The notes under the pieces were generated by a model. The model did no database searches, was not told the origin of the DNA, and saw nothing but the letters and a program-made list of their open reading frames with translations. A DNA stretch of 64,000 nucleotides. Origin: Convolutriloba macropyga. Its lineage: Eukaryota. A program made the position numbers and the translations under genes. Where the stretch lies: assembly GCF_964194025.1 (NCBI RefSeq), contig NC_134474.1:37510001-37574000 (forward strand), in the 5' to 3' direction. Position 1 is the first letter of the stretch; the number at the start of each line of letters is the position of its first letter. This document shows, one piece after another, positions 36,301 to 48,700 of this stretch.

Positions 36301-39300
36301 AAGTTTTTTTCGAAAATTTTTGTTATTTTTAGCGTTTTCCCGGCTTCAGGGGCCAGTGAATCTCCTTTAAGGTTTGATAATATGACATTTTATAGTTTCT
36401 AGTAATAATGGATTCGTTTTCAACATTTTAATGTCCCGAATTTTAGCATTCTTTTTGATAAAATCTGCAATTTTTTTGAGAATTCCTAAAGTTTTTGTCA
36501 ATTTTTGATATTCGTCCATTCTCAAGTGCCAGAAAACCTATTCCACGGCCTGATCAAAATTTATTGTATGGTGGTTAGTTTCAATGGTTTTGTTTTCAAC
36601 AATTAATCTTTTCGAATTTTAAAAAATTTTTTGAAAGAAATTTGCAATTTTTTTCAAGTTGTTTCAAAGCATTTGTCTTTCATTCCTAACACGCAAAAAA
36701 TGATACAAATTTTGCCATTTTTTTTCAAGTTTTTTGAAAATTTAATATGTGTTCAATTTAATATGTGTTTTTTTTAATATGTGTTCACACATTTTTCAAT
36801 GACTTTGATCTTTCAAAACGGGATAAACAGGTAAAGCCCAGCGGGCGTTGAGTTTCATCAGAGGCCCAAAGGGGGCTTTACTAGTACTCCAAGTGCTTAG
36901 AGTGGTGCAGCTGCTGGTATGGGTATAGTTTAAGGTTAAAAGGTCTTTTTTAGGAGTTTTTGGGCTCGAAATCGTGCAATTTTTAATGTTTTTTGTGATT
37001 TTTTTGAGTTTTTTGTTTGATTAGTCTTAGGTGGAAGTTTTTAAAAGTTGATGAAGGCCTTGTGCGAGAGAAAATTACTTGTTATGACCATTTTATAAGC
37101 TATGTGTTTTGGTACTACAAACACTAACACGCCAAAATGATACTAATTTTTGCCATTTTTTTCAAGTTTTTTGAAAGTTTTTGTTATTTTTAGCGTTTTC
37201 CCGGCTTCAGGGGCCAGTGAATCTCCTTTAAGGTTTGATAATATGACACTTTATAGTTTCTAGTAGTAATAATGGATTCGTTTTCAACATTTTATTGTCC
37301 CGAATTTTAGCATTCTTTTTTGATAAAATCTGCAATTTTTTTGAGAATTCCTAAAGTTTTTGTCAATTTTTGATATTCGTCCATTCTCAAGTGCCAGAAA
37401 ATCTATTCCACGGCCTGATCAAATTTTATTGTATGGTGGTTAGTTTCAATGGTTTTGTTTTCAACAATTAATCTTTTCGACTTTTAAAAATTTTTTTGAA
37501 AGAAATTTGCAATTTTTTTCAAGTTTTTTCAAAGCATTTGTCTTTAATTCCTAACACGCAAAAAATGATACTAATTTTTGCCATTTTTTTTCAAGTTTTT
37601 TGAAAATTTAATATGTGTTCAATTTAATATGTGTTTTTTTTTAATATGTGTTCACACATTTTTCAATGACTTTGATCTTTCAAAACGGGATAAACAGGTA
37701 AAGCCCAGCGGGCATTGAGTTTCATCAGAGGCCCAAAGGGGGCTTTACTAGTACTCCAAGTGCTTAGAGTGGTGCAGCTGCTGGTATGGGTATAATTTAA
37801 GGTTAAAAGGTCTTTTTTAGGAGTTTTTGGGCTCGAAATCGTGCAATTTTTAATGTTTTTTGTGATTTTTTTGAGTTTTCTGTTTGATTAGTCTTAGGTG
37901 GAAGTTTTTAAAAGTTGATGAAGGCCTTGTGCGAGAGAAAATTACTTGTTATGACCATTTTATAAGCTATGTGTTTTGGTACTACAAACACTAACACGCC
38001 AAAATGATACTAATTTTTGCCATTTTTTTTTCAAGTTTTTTTGAAAATTTTTGTTATTTTTAGCGTTTTCCCGGCTTCAGGGGCCAGTGAATCTCCTTTA
38101 AGGTTTGATAATATGACACTTTATAGTTTCTAGTAATAATGGATTCGTTTTCAACATTTTATTGTCCCGAATTTTAGCATTCTTTTTTGATAAAATCTGC
38201 AATTTTTTTGAGAATTCCTAAAGTTTTTGTCAATTTTTGATATTCGTCCATTCTCAAGTGCCAGAAAATCTATTCCACGGCCTGATCAAAATTTATTGTA
38301 TGGTGGTTAGTTTCAATGGTTTTGTTTTCAACAATTAATCTTTTCAAATTTTAAAAATTTTTTTGAAAATTTGCAATTTTTTTCAAGTTTTTTCAAAGCA
38401 TTTGTCTTTAATTCCTAACACGCAAAAAATGATACTAATTTTTGCCATTTTTTTCAAGTTTTTTGAAAATTTAATATGTGTTCAATTTAATATGTGTTTT
38501 TTTTTTAATATGTGTTCACACATTTTTCAATGACTTTGATCTTTCAAAACGGGATAAACAGGTAAAGCCCAGCGGGCATTGAGTTTCATCAGAGGCCCAA
38601 AGGGGGCTTTACTAGTACTCCAAGTGCTTAGAGTGGTGCAGCTGCTGGTATGGGTATAATTTAAGGTTAAAAGGTCTTTTTTAGGATTTTTTGGGCTCGA
38701 AATCGTGCAATTTTTAATGTTTTTTGTGATTTTTTTGAGTTTTTTTTGATAATATGACACTTTATAGTTTCTAGTAATAATGGATTCGTTTTCAACATTT
38801 TATTGTCCCGAATTTTAGCATTCTTTTTTGATAAAATCTGCAATTTTTTTGAGAATTCCTAAAGTTTTTGTCAATTTTTGATATTCGTCCATTCTCAAGT
38901 GCCAGAAAATCTATTCCACGGCCTGATCAAAATTTATTGTATGGTGGTTAGTTTCAATGGTTTTGTTTTCAACAATTAATCTTTTCAAATTTTAAAAATT
39001 TTTTTGAAAATTTGCAATTTTTTTCAAGTTTTTTCAAAGCATTTGTCTTTAATTCCTAACACGCAAAAAATGATACTAATTTTTGCCATTTTTTTCAAGT
39101 TTTTTGAAAATTTAATATGTGTTCAATTTAATATGTGTTTTTTTTTTAATATGTGTTCACACATTTTTCAATGACTTTGATCTTTCAAAACGGGATAAAC
39201 AGGTAAAGCCCAGCGGGCATTGAGTTTCATCAGAGGCCCAAAGGGGGCTTTACTAGTACTCCAAGTGCTTAGAGTGGTGCAGCTGCTGGTATGGGTATAA

Positions 39301-40557
39301 TTTAAGGTTAAAAGGTCTTTTTTAGGATTTTTTGGGCTCGAAATCGTGCAATTTTTAATGTTTTTTGTGATTTTTTTGAGTTTTTTTTGATAATATGACA
39401 CTTTATAGTTTCTAGTAATAATGGATTCGTTTTCAACATTTTATTGTCCCGAATTTTAGCATTCTTTTTTGATAAAATCTGCAATTTTTTTGAGAATTCC
39501 TAAAGTTTTTGTCAATTTTTGATATTCGTCCATTCTCAAGTGCCAGAAAATCTATTCCACGGCCTGATCAAAATTTATTGTATGGTGGTTAGTTTCAATG
39601 GTTTTGTTTTCAACAATTAATCTTTTCAAATTTTAAAAATTTTTTTGAAAATTTGCAATTTTTTTCAAGTTTTTTCAAAGCATTTGTCTTTAATTCCTAA
39701 CACGCAAAAAATGATACTAATTTTTGCCATTTTTTTCAAGTTTTTTGAAAATTTAATATGTGTTCAATTTAATATGTGTTTTTTTTTTAATATGTGTTCA
39801 CACATTTTTCAATGACTTTGATCTTTCAAAACGGGATAAACAGGTAAAGCCCAGCGGGCATTGAGTTTCATCAGAGGCCCAAAGGGGGCTTTACTAGTAC
39901 TCCAAGTGCTTAGAGTGGTGCAGCTGCTGGTATGGGTATAATTTAAGGTTAAAAGGTCTTTTTTAGGATTTTTTGGGCTCGAAATCGTGCAATTTTTAAT
40001 GTTTTTTGTGATTTTTTTGAGTTTTTTGTTTGATTAGTCTTAGGTGGAAGTTTTTAAAAGTTGATGAAGGCCTTGTGCGAGAGAAAATTACTTGTTATGA
40101 CCATTTTATAAGCTATGTGTTTTGGTACTACAAACACTAACACGCCAAAATGATACTAATTTTTGCCATTTTTTTTCAAGTTTTTTGAAAATTTTTGTTA
40201 TTTTTAGCGTTTTCCCGGCTTCAGGGGCCAGTGAATCTCCTTTAAGGTTTGATAATATGACACTTTATAGTTTCTAGTAATAATGGATTCGTTTTAAACA
40301 TTTTAATGTCCCGAATTTTAGCATTCTTTTTGATAAAATCTGCAATTTTATTGAGAATTCCTAAAGTTTTTGTCAATTTTTGATCTTCGTCCATTCTCAA
40401 GTGCCAGAAAACCTATTCCACGGCCTGATCAAAAGTTATTGTATGGTGGATAGTTTCAATGGTTTTGTTTTCAACAATTTATCTTTTCGAATTTTAAAAA
40501 TTTTTTTGAAAGAAATTTGCAATTTTTTTTAAAGTTTTTTCAAAGCATTTGTCTTTT
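33342..40557. repeat. Tandem satellite array, ~860-bp unit (six full, two 641-bp deleted, one partial)
   Basis: Anchor GTTCACAC at 33350, 34204, 35068, 35920, 36783, 37650, 38514, 39155, 39796. Units differ mainly in homopolymer lengths and a few SNPs. Confidence 0.97.
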
Positions 40558-40891
40558 ATTCAGTTTTTCCTGCCTCTGTAGCCAGGTAACCTCATCCAGG
40601 TTTTGATAGTATGTTTTTAAATATTTGTCAAGGGGCAATTGATTGGTTTTCAACATTTTGATAGAACAAATTTCCATTTTTTTTGAAATTTGAAAATTCT
40701 AAAAATTTTTGCCTATCGATCTTTGAATTTTTTAAGGCTTAGAATTGGGTTACTGAATAGCCTCTAGAGACAAGAAATGACTCTGAAGAAATTAGTATCA
40801 CGATTTGCAAATTTGCAATTGATTTCGTTTTAAAAGTTTTTCGGTCATTTTTGAGTTAACCGATCTTCAAGAGCAAATGAATTTTTTTTCA

Positions 40892-40986
40892 GGTCTTGCA
40901 GATATAATACTGTTCCGATATCAGAAACAAGAATTGGTCTTGCAGATATAAAACTTTACCGATATCAGAAACAAGAATTGGTCTTG
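40892..40986. repeat. 44-bp tandem repeat x2
   Basis: GGTCTTGCAGATATAA...CCGATATCAGAAACAAGAATT at 40892 and 40936; a third start at 40980. Confidence 0.85.
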
Positions 40987-42920
40987 AACATATTTTTGAA
41001 TTAGGTATGTTTAAAGGGATCAAATTTTGGGCTCAAGAGGGTAAATTTTGGGATCAAATTAAAGGGATCAAAGGGGTAAAAGCTTCAAGAAATTTAGCAA
41101 TGAGCTTTTTTGCTTAGTTTCTTTGATTGTTTGTTTCTCAACTTTTTTGAGATGAATTTGTGTTCGTTAGGCTGGCATTGTTCATTGGATCTGCTGGTCA
41201 GATAGAGTACTTCTATGTTTTTCATTCAATTATTTGAATTGTTTTTCAGGACTTGTCCTGCTATGTTTTTTTACTTCCTCTAACAGATTTTTGTTTCGTC
41301 TTACCCTGCGTCCCGCGTTTTTGTTTTTTAGGTCGATTGCGTGACTTACCACACTCAATAAAATGACGTCTGAACTCAATAGTGTGCGTCTAAGTAGTGC
41401 CAAACATATATGCCCTAATTCTTGATTATTAGAGTCCTGAGTTTTTGATTTTGAATATTAATTTTGAAAAGCTCTAATAGGGCTTTCTCCTTATGGAGCT
41501 TATGTGTCTCGTAAAACTGACAGTCCGAATTTAACCCAAAAAGTCTAGTGGTCTATTAAAGGACTGGACTGGTGGTCAGAGCCACAAGCATCCATCGAGG
41601 CTATTTTCCGGCAATATGCCGGCTATGTTTTATTAAGGTAGTCTTTTGTTTCAGCACCTTCACTTTTTGTGATTCATTAGTTTTGTTGAATATCATTTTC
41701 CACCGAAAAACACAACAGCTTGGTATTGCAAAATGAATCTCATTGTCAATGTTTTACAACTATTGAACTTAAATCAAATCGACGCTTGAGGAAATCTTGG
41801 AAGATTTTTTGAGGATTCTAATAGAAAACCGTACTCAAAATTGCTCCAAAGAATTAAAGTGCTTCAAATTGTTTTTGGATGATTAAAAGAGTTTTCTATT
41901 CTCACAAATGAAATATTTTTAAATTAAACTTTAAGCGTATGCTGGAACAATATGTGCTACGCACAGACTCGCACGAGCCTTCTTGTGTTCAATTTCGTCA
42001 AAAACCGACGAATTCCCTCAAATTTGATGCCGACTTCTGCCACCATCCTCTACGCGGGAAATTTTTGAGAAGTGTGAGTACAAGCAATGTCCTGCTTCTG
42101 AAAATTAATTGTCTTGTATTCAAATTTGGAAAAATAATTGATAAAGATGCGTGGAAATCTCCGGTTACAAATCAATAGCAAAGTTGGGCCTTGGTTATCG
42201 TAAGCCTTGGTCTAGAACAGGATTGAACAAAACTTATTAACGAAGGTTTTGGAACTTTAGACACTTGATGTCTGAACTTGTTTTGTTGTTTTACTTCAGA
42301 GAGTTCTTGGTCTGTTTCTGAACCTGCGAACTTATGCTTACCTGAACTTGTAGCTCTGTTTTCTTTTGATGTTTCCTTATATAATTGAGAAACGGTTTTT
42401 AATATTGAATAACTGATTTGGCGAATTTTTATTTTTGTTAAATTAACGAAATATAATTTGTTACGATAGCAGATATACTTTGTTATCATAAATTTGTAAA
42501 GTCCTTGTCCAAAAAATTTAATATTTGTGTTGTTAGACGAATTAGACAAGAATGATGTTTTAGGGTGATCAATCGGGTGAAAGTGGCGCTTGGTCGCGTA
42601 ACACCACAACCAAAGCCTTTCATTCTCTAAAATTTCCTAAAAACAGTTTTTAGTAATGTTTGACAGGAAACTGATTTTTTATCCCTTCATTTTATTGCCG
42701 AAGTTTTATTGTGCTTTCATAAATTCTTTCTGTACAAGGAGTGGCAAAATTGAAGTAGACAGCTATTTTGTTTTATCAATCCAACAACCAATTATAGCTG
42801 CTGCTGTTATGCTGGCAAGGTTCGATTGTCGAGGAAAATTAATTTTTTGTCCTTAAGCCTTTCAGGTTGAAAGCAGTTGCAAAATTCTCGAAGCGGAAAC
42901 AAAATTGTCAATTTTGAACC

Positions 42921-43185
42921 ATGCTCAATTTCTCTTCCAATTACTTTTATGCTGATGACATTCGACCTTTGATAACTGCTGGGAATCAAACTCCGAGGAG
43001 CGGAATTTCCACAAAATTTGATTCTTTGGTCGATTATGCAGAGGCTAATGTTGTTCAGAAAGAGAGTCTTTTGCAAGAAAAAGTGAGACCTGAAGATGCA
43101 GCATTGCTATTGGACTACAGATGGCCAATTGGAGCACCAGATGCGAAAGATTATTTCGTTCAGGAACAGTTTGCAGTGTTCGTAG
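42921..43185 (+). CDS. PHF10: PHD finger protein 10 (BAF45a/SAYP) orthologue, first coding exon
   Basis: DYRWP...YFVQEQFAVFVG matches the SAY-domain start of PHF10 (EYKWP...YMLQEQVSEYLG). Donor G|GTACTG, phase 1. Start codon uncertain. Confidence 0.8.
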
Positions 43186-43786
43186 GTACTGACGTTTTGC
43201 GTAAATGATGTAATCCGGTTGGATAGTAAGACTTACGGGGGAGGGGCGTTCTTATAGCGGACCTTTTTTTTTCTTTAAAAAAATGAAACCTTGCTTGTTG
43301 AAATACAAAACTGATGTAAAAGCTCGATTTAGAATTTTATTGTTCTACGGCTTGTAGAAGTGGAGTCTTGTAGAACAGTGGTGGTACCGGCACCAAATTG
43401 AAAATTCCTAGATACTGATCTGTTCGTTTCGTTTTCTATTCTGAACGAGCTTAAATTTTTACACAAAACCTAACCCATGCCTTCAGTTAGTAATGAAACC
43501 TTCTGTATCGCTTAGTTGTACAGTCAACTGAGACATACCCAGGAAGCTCCTTTTGGCCCTCCTCAGCCCCCCCCCCCCCCTAGCCTCCTACGCTTAGTTG
43601 TATTTCTAATTTAATTATGAGTTATATGCCCTAATAAGAGGTGATACTAGCCATGACAATTAGTATATACCCTTATGAACGTGTAAAAACATGTCAATTA
43701 TAAATGGGTATATTCCACCAGTCGAAGCAAATAGTTGCAAGTTGCTTAAATAATTGCTGATAGCTAAAATTTTCTTAAGATTGCAG

Positions 43787-44299
43787 GCTGCCCATTGTTC
43801 CATCGGAGATTCAGCGAGCTCTCTCGTCGACCAATCATGTCGAAAGAGCGTGACTACTTACTACGAGAGGGAATTATCCAACCAAACAGTGATCCCCTTT
43901 CAGCAAACGCTACCTTAACCGCAGTTGATGCTGACGAGGCTGTTTTTGTCATGCAGTGCTACTTTCCGAGACATTTCACAGCCTACAAAGCGTATTGGTT
44001 GCCCGAAACGACAAGACGTCGAATCGAAGCATACATGAACTCGGGCTGCACGAGTTCTAAACGCCAAAAAGTCGACTTTCATGAAAACAAAAATTCGTCT
44101 CACGACAGAGCGGTTTGCAGCAGCTCGTTGTGTGAGACAAGCAGTTATAATCGCAGCGTGAATCGACTGCGAAAAGAGAACTGTGTGAACGGCGTATTGG
44201 ACTTGCAAACCATGGTTGTTCATCGACCGAAAGGACGTATGACTAGCCGCCGTGTGTTTAAAAGCTCGCAGATCTCTTTTTCTAGCCAGAACAATAAAA
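43787..44299 (+). CDS. PHF10: PHF10 orthologue, exon 2 (SAY domain)
   Basis: TTGCAG|GC gives GCPLFHRRFSELSRR (cf. GVTSFKRKYPDLERR), LTAVDADE, YNRSVNRLR, LDLQT. Donor A|GTAAGC at 44299/44300. Confidence 0.85.
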
Positions 44300-44892
44300 G
44301 TAAGCCAAAATAATGCGCTATTATCTATTTTTTCATTAATAGCTGCGATAGCGAAGGCTGAGTGGAGCTATAATTAGTCTTCCCTTGGTGTTTTAATAAA
44401 CGGAGGAGTATCGGTTTTCTTTAGTTTTTTTACTACTCTAATAGGCGTTATGGTTTTCTCCTTTTTGCGACTCCAAGAGGCGTTGTGTCTTCTTGCTTTA
44501 ACGACTCGAAGATGAGTTTCGTAGAAGTGTCTTTTTCATCATTTTAGTTGGAGGAAATTTTGAAGCATTACATGAAATGGGTGAAAACATTTGACTTCTT
44601 TGAGTGTTGAACAAATGTGGAGAGTGGAGCGAAAAGAGAGTGGTGTTTGTTCATGCCTGTGTTTTTGACAGGGCAAGAAATTGGTTTGAGATGTTTTCAT
44701 TGTGGCTTCTGCGAACTGTTTTTTTAATACTTTTTTGGTTAAATGTTTGATTAAGCTAGGGGAATGATTTCAAAGGTTATATTGATAGTGTTTTCGCATT
44801 TTTGTTATTAATTCAAATTTTATGCTGTTGGGGATAAAATAGACGCTTATTGTTTCTCATTTTAGAAAAACAAATAGGCAGTTTTTTGAGCC

Positions 44893-45311
44893 TGTGATAA
44901 CCCTGACTATAGGGTACAATCGTGCTGTGAATCCACGTAGATTTAGAATGAATGGATTCGAGGTACGAATCCAAGTTTCCAACGTCAATTGGATTGTTAC
45001 TTTTAGAATTGACTACAATCGCGGTGCGAATGTAGACAAATTAAATGATGATGGATTTCTCCTTCAAATCCGTAAGTTTTTATCTAGTGGAAAAGAGATT
45101 AGATTGTGAACGACTGAATTCAGTGAGAAGATTCAAAAGAATGAATAGTTGAGTAAAAGTGGGAGGTGTGAACAGTATGAAATAATGACTTTTTAGTCGG
45201 CGGTAATTTATAATTATGTGAACATTGACTTTTAGTTTTACAAGGACAAGTATAAATTAATTAAGTACAATTTACTAAATGAGAACTAAATTATGGTACA
45301 ACCGTACCACA
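44893..45311 (-). repeat. 3' LTR
   Basis: 419-bp direct repeat of 51234-51653. Confidence 0.95.
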
Positions 45312-45747
45312 TATCCTGCGCTGAGCGAAAAATTTTAAACTGCATCAGTATAAAATTTAGAATAATATTAAAATATGTACTGGTTATTATAGATAGTATA
45401 CATAATGAGTAACGATAAATGAGTGCCGTAGGATTAGTGTATTTGAGTCGCGAATGTAAGAGAGAACGAACATAGCGGAAACTGACGACATATGCAGTAA
45501 ATTTTATGCACGCGATATAAATTAATGCACAAACGTGATGCGAATCCATCCAACTTTATAATACGCGAATTAGCGTTACAAATGTAACATCAAATTAAAG
45601 GAATGTAGAACTAACACACAATGAGAATTAAAATTAAACGAAAACATGAAATGAATGGAAAAGCAGCGCAATTCCGAAATGATTTTAACAATTACAGATT
45701 GGAAATAATTCAATAAGTTAACAATGACAGTTTGAAATAGTTTTAGT

Positions 45748-48700
45748 TTAAATTTGATTTTCCGCATCGAATACACTCATGCTAACTTCACGAGCGTAAT
45801 TGTCGTAATTGTATTCTTCAGAGGACCAAGTTCCCACTGGTGGTGGTGCAGAGGGGCTTGTAATCGTCAATTCATAGTCTGTTTCGGGAACTGGCGGCCG
45901 TGTAGCTTCTTCATGGAGAATTGTTTCGATCACCGGATTTGTTCGTTTCGGTTTTTTGGAAACCGGAGCTGTTGAATCGTCACTAACCGAATTGACCGAA
46001 CTTTCGAATCCGTAATATTCTGGGGCTCGTCGGTTTCGTTTAGTACTAGTATTTGAGGGAGACGTGGTTGAAGACGTTACTGAAGGGGCAGCAACAGACG
46101 ATGCATTTGACGTATTCAGACTCACCGATGTGTTACGTGATCGTTTTCCTCCGACTTGGGGCTTTCGTGGTTTTCGTGCCAACATTGCTTTTGAAATGTT
46201 GCTATTTGCAGATGACACACCCGATGCTGCATCTGACTGTGTTGGACGGTGTCGAATTTTGATCTCCCCGCGAAACTTCTTCTTTAAGTCCTTCGTGTGC
46301 TGTGCGATTTTTTCTTCCGTGGTTTTATCGTAAGGCAGGGGTCGACGTTGCGCATATTGCCATAGTTCAGTATTCCTTTCGGCGCGAGTACCGAATTTAG
46401 CAATATCGCTATTGCGAACACTTACTTCAGGTACTCCTGGTTCTTTGATGACGGTTGTCGTATCTGATGTACGAACAACCGTACTTCCTGGTGCCAGTGT
46501 TTCCCAAAGACCGCGAAGGTCTCGTTTGGAGCGTTTAGTCACCTTGCGAGCGAGCTTCAAGTCCAGTGACTTTTCCGATCTGGGGATGGGGTTATTCAGT
46601 TTTGGATGTAATATGAAGCGAGAGACAGATTTGTTGTGTTCGCCGTTGTAGCGGCGTCCGGCGTCAACTTGTGCCCTTTGCATTGCCTCTTCAATTAGGA
46701 TGTCGCTTCTGTCTCCCGTCACCCATCCATTTTCATCCAGGTAGTCCTCAACAGGGACAGTATCAGCGTCTAAATAGTGGTGAAGAATGTTTTCATATGA
46801 CAGATTAGATGATTTAGGTGTTGTACTTATATTACTTAGTGGTGTGTTTGGCTTTCGTCCAAAGTGTGCTTGGAAAGGTGTTACATTTGTAGTCTTTTGT
46901 TTACATATACGTAATTGATATACAATTGACTTTATTGCTTCTTTAATTGTGAATGTTTTATTTCTATTGTCTAATTTCATGCAGCCTAAGCGTCTTTTAA
47001 TTGTTTGTATTAAACGCTCCACTAATCCTATGGCTCTATGATCGTTTACAGGGGCAGGTAGTATGTTAATATTATGTTGTTTGCAAACGTTTTTAACTTT
47101 ATAACCTATTAAACATCGTGCTTGATCAAGTCTAATATTTCGGGGAACACCGTGGATTTGAATGTAATCGTCTAAACATTTTAGTACATTTGGTCTATTA
47201 GCTTTATCAAATACTTCTACAGAAGGATATTTGGAAAAACGATCAATACATGCAAGAAAATATGTATCTTGATCTTTTTCATTCGTGATAGGACCTCCAA
47301 AATCAATCTGTATTTCTTCATTTGGCTCTGTACATGGCAATAAAGGTTTCCAATTAGACGCCGGAATAACAGGTTTAAGGTTCTTACCAATATCCGTGCA
47401 AGGCTTGCACGTGGCCGCTTTATTTAGAATTTCGCGGTGCATGTACGGCCAGAACGCGTATTGGCCAAGCGTTATCATCCCCCAACTTCCTGGATGCGTT
47501 AAGTGGAGGCTTTCCAAGACCGCGTCTTGAATGGAGTGTGGAATCGCAACGCGTTCGTCCACACAAACACATCCTGAGCGGACGTGCAAGTCTCGCCAGT
47601 ACGAGAATAGGTACGGGTTGACTTCCTTGCATCTCTGGGGGTCATCTTGAAGTATGCAATCCCGTACCTCCTTCAGAACTGCGTCCTTGCTGGTCAGTAC
47701 TGCCAGAAAGCCTTTTGTGAACAACTGTGTCAAGTTGTTCTCAAACACCTCTTCTTTTGACAATTCGACACTAGGGGAAGAGTGTCCATCATTCGAAGAT
47801 CGGGTCGTTCCTGAATTTGGAGTGGATTGAAATGTCACTCGGCTGTGGGTAGGGGGAGTTTGCGGGTTTCGGCTGTGTGAAGGAGAAGTACTCATTTTGT
47901 GGTTTTCAATTACGTGGATATGAGTTTGGTTGGATCTAGTATTTACTTGTGACTGGATTTGAGTTGAATTTGTACTGGTATTAGAATGAGATTGCAATTG
48001 TGCTGCGTGTGCAGAGTATTTAAGAAGCAACTGATTTGTGTTTCGATTAATGGCCGAAAGCAAATTGGAATAGTTTGTTGAGCGAGGATGTGAGGCACGT
48101 GTGGAATGTGTGTCAATGACGCTGTTAAAGTGTCGTGATTGGCAGGTTTGTGGTGTGGTATTTACATAAATTGCTGCAATTGCGTCACGAATGCGGGTAA
48201 TTGTTGCTACCGCAAATTCCTCGTCATATTTGTTTGTAACTTTTGCTTTTTGATTTGGTTGGCGGGAAATATAATCTACCAGCCCCATTTTTGCACCGGG
48301 GATATGTTCAATGTTAAAGTCAAAAGGTAAAAGACGATCAATCCATCGTGTTAATCTACTATTTTAAGATTTGTTTGATCTGTGTTCTTTCATGATTGAG
48401 AGTAATGCTCGATGATCTGTGATGATTGTAAATGATTTGCCAAATAAATAATATTTAAAATATTCGACGGACCACACAACGCCTAGTAATTCAAGTTCGT
48501 TAATGCTATAACGTTCCTCATTTGAGTTAAGGAATCGAGATGCAAATGCAACTGTATGCCAACCTGTAGGTGAACGTTGTTCTAGTGCTGCTCCTAACCC
48601 TGCTCTAGAAGCATCGCATTTGATCCGCGTTTCCAAGTGAGGATTGTAGTGTGTGTTTTCTGTGGCGTTTGCTACTCTATTTTTAATTGCTTGGAAATGT

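Larger units (their letters stand above)
32746..41627 (+). mobile_element. HINE family A, long copy containing a nested HINE and a satellite array
   Basis: First ~95 bp and last ~380 bp are collinear with 20137-21141 (e.g. CAAAGAATTTGAATTGTATTGGGGCGCTGT; CAGGACTTGTCCTGCTATG; AACCCAAAAAGTCTAGTGGTCTATTAAAGGACTGG). 3' hairpin CCGGCA-ATA-TGCCGG. Confidence 0.8.

Noticed and set aside
38527-39401. Two identical 77-aa ORFs
   Set aside because: By-products of the duplicated 641-bp satellite unit; absent from full units; no protein features.
33342-40557. CRISPR-like or rDNA/snRNA tandem array
   Set aside because: No unique spacers and no recognisable rRNA, 5S, snRNA or histone sequence; eukaryotic context.
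41939-42609. 145-aa minus ORF and neighbours upstream of PHF10
   Set aside because: Non-ATG start, no recognisable domain, and no frame-consistent splice model; could be a divergent non-coding transcript.
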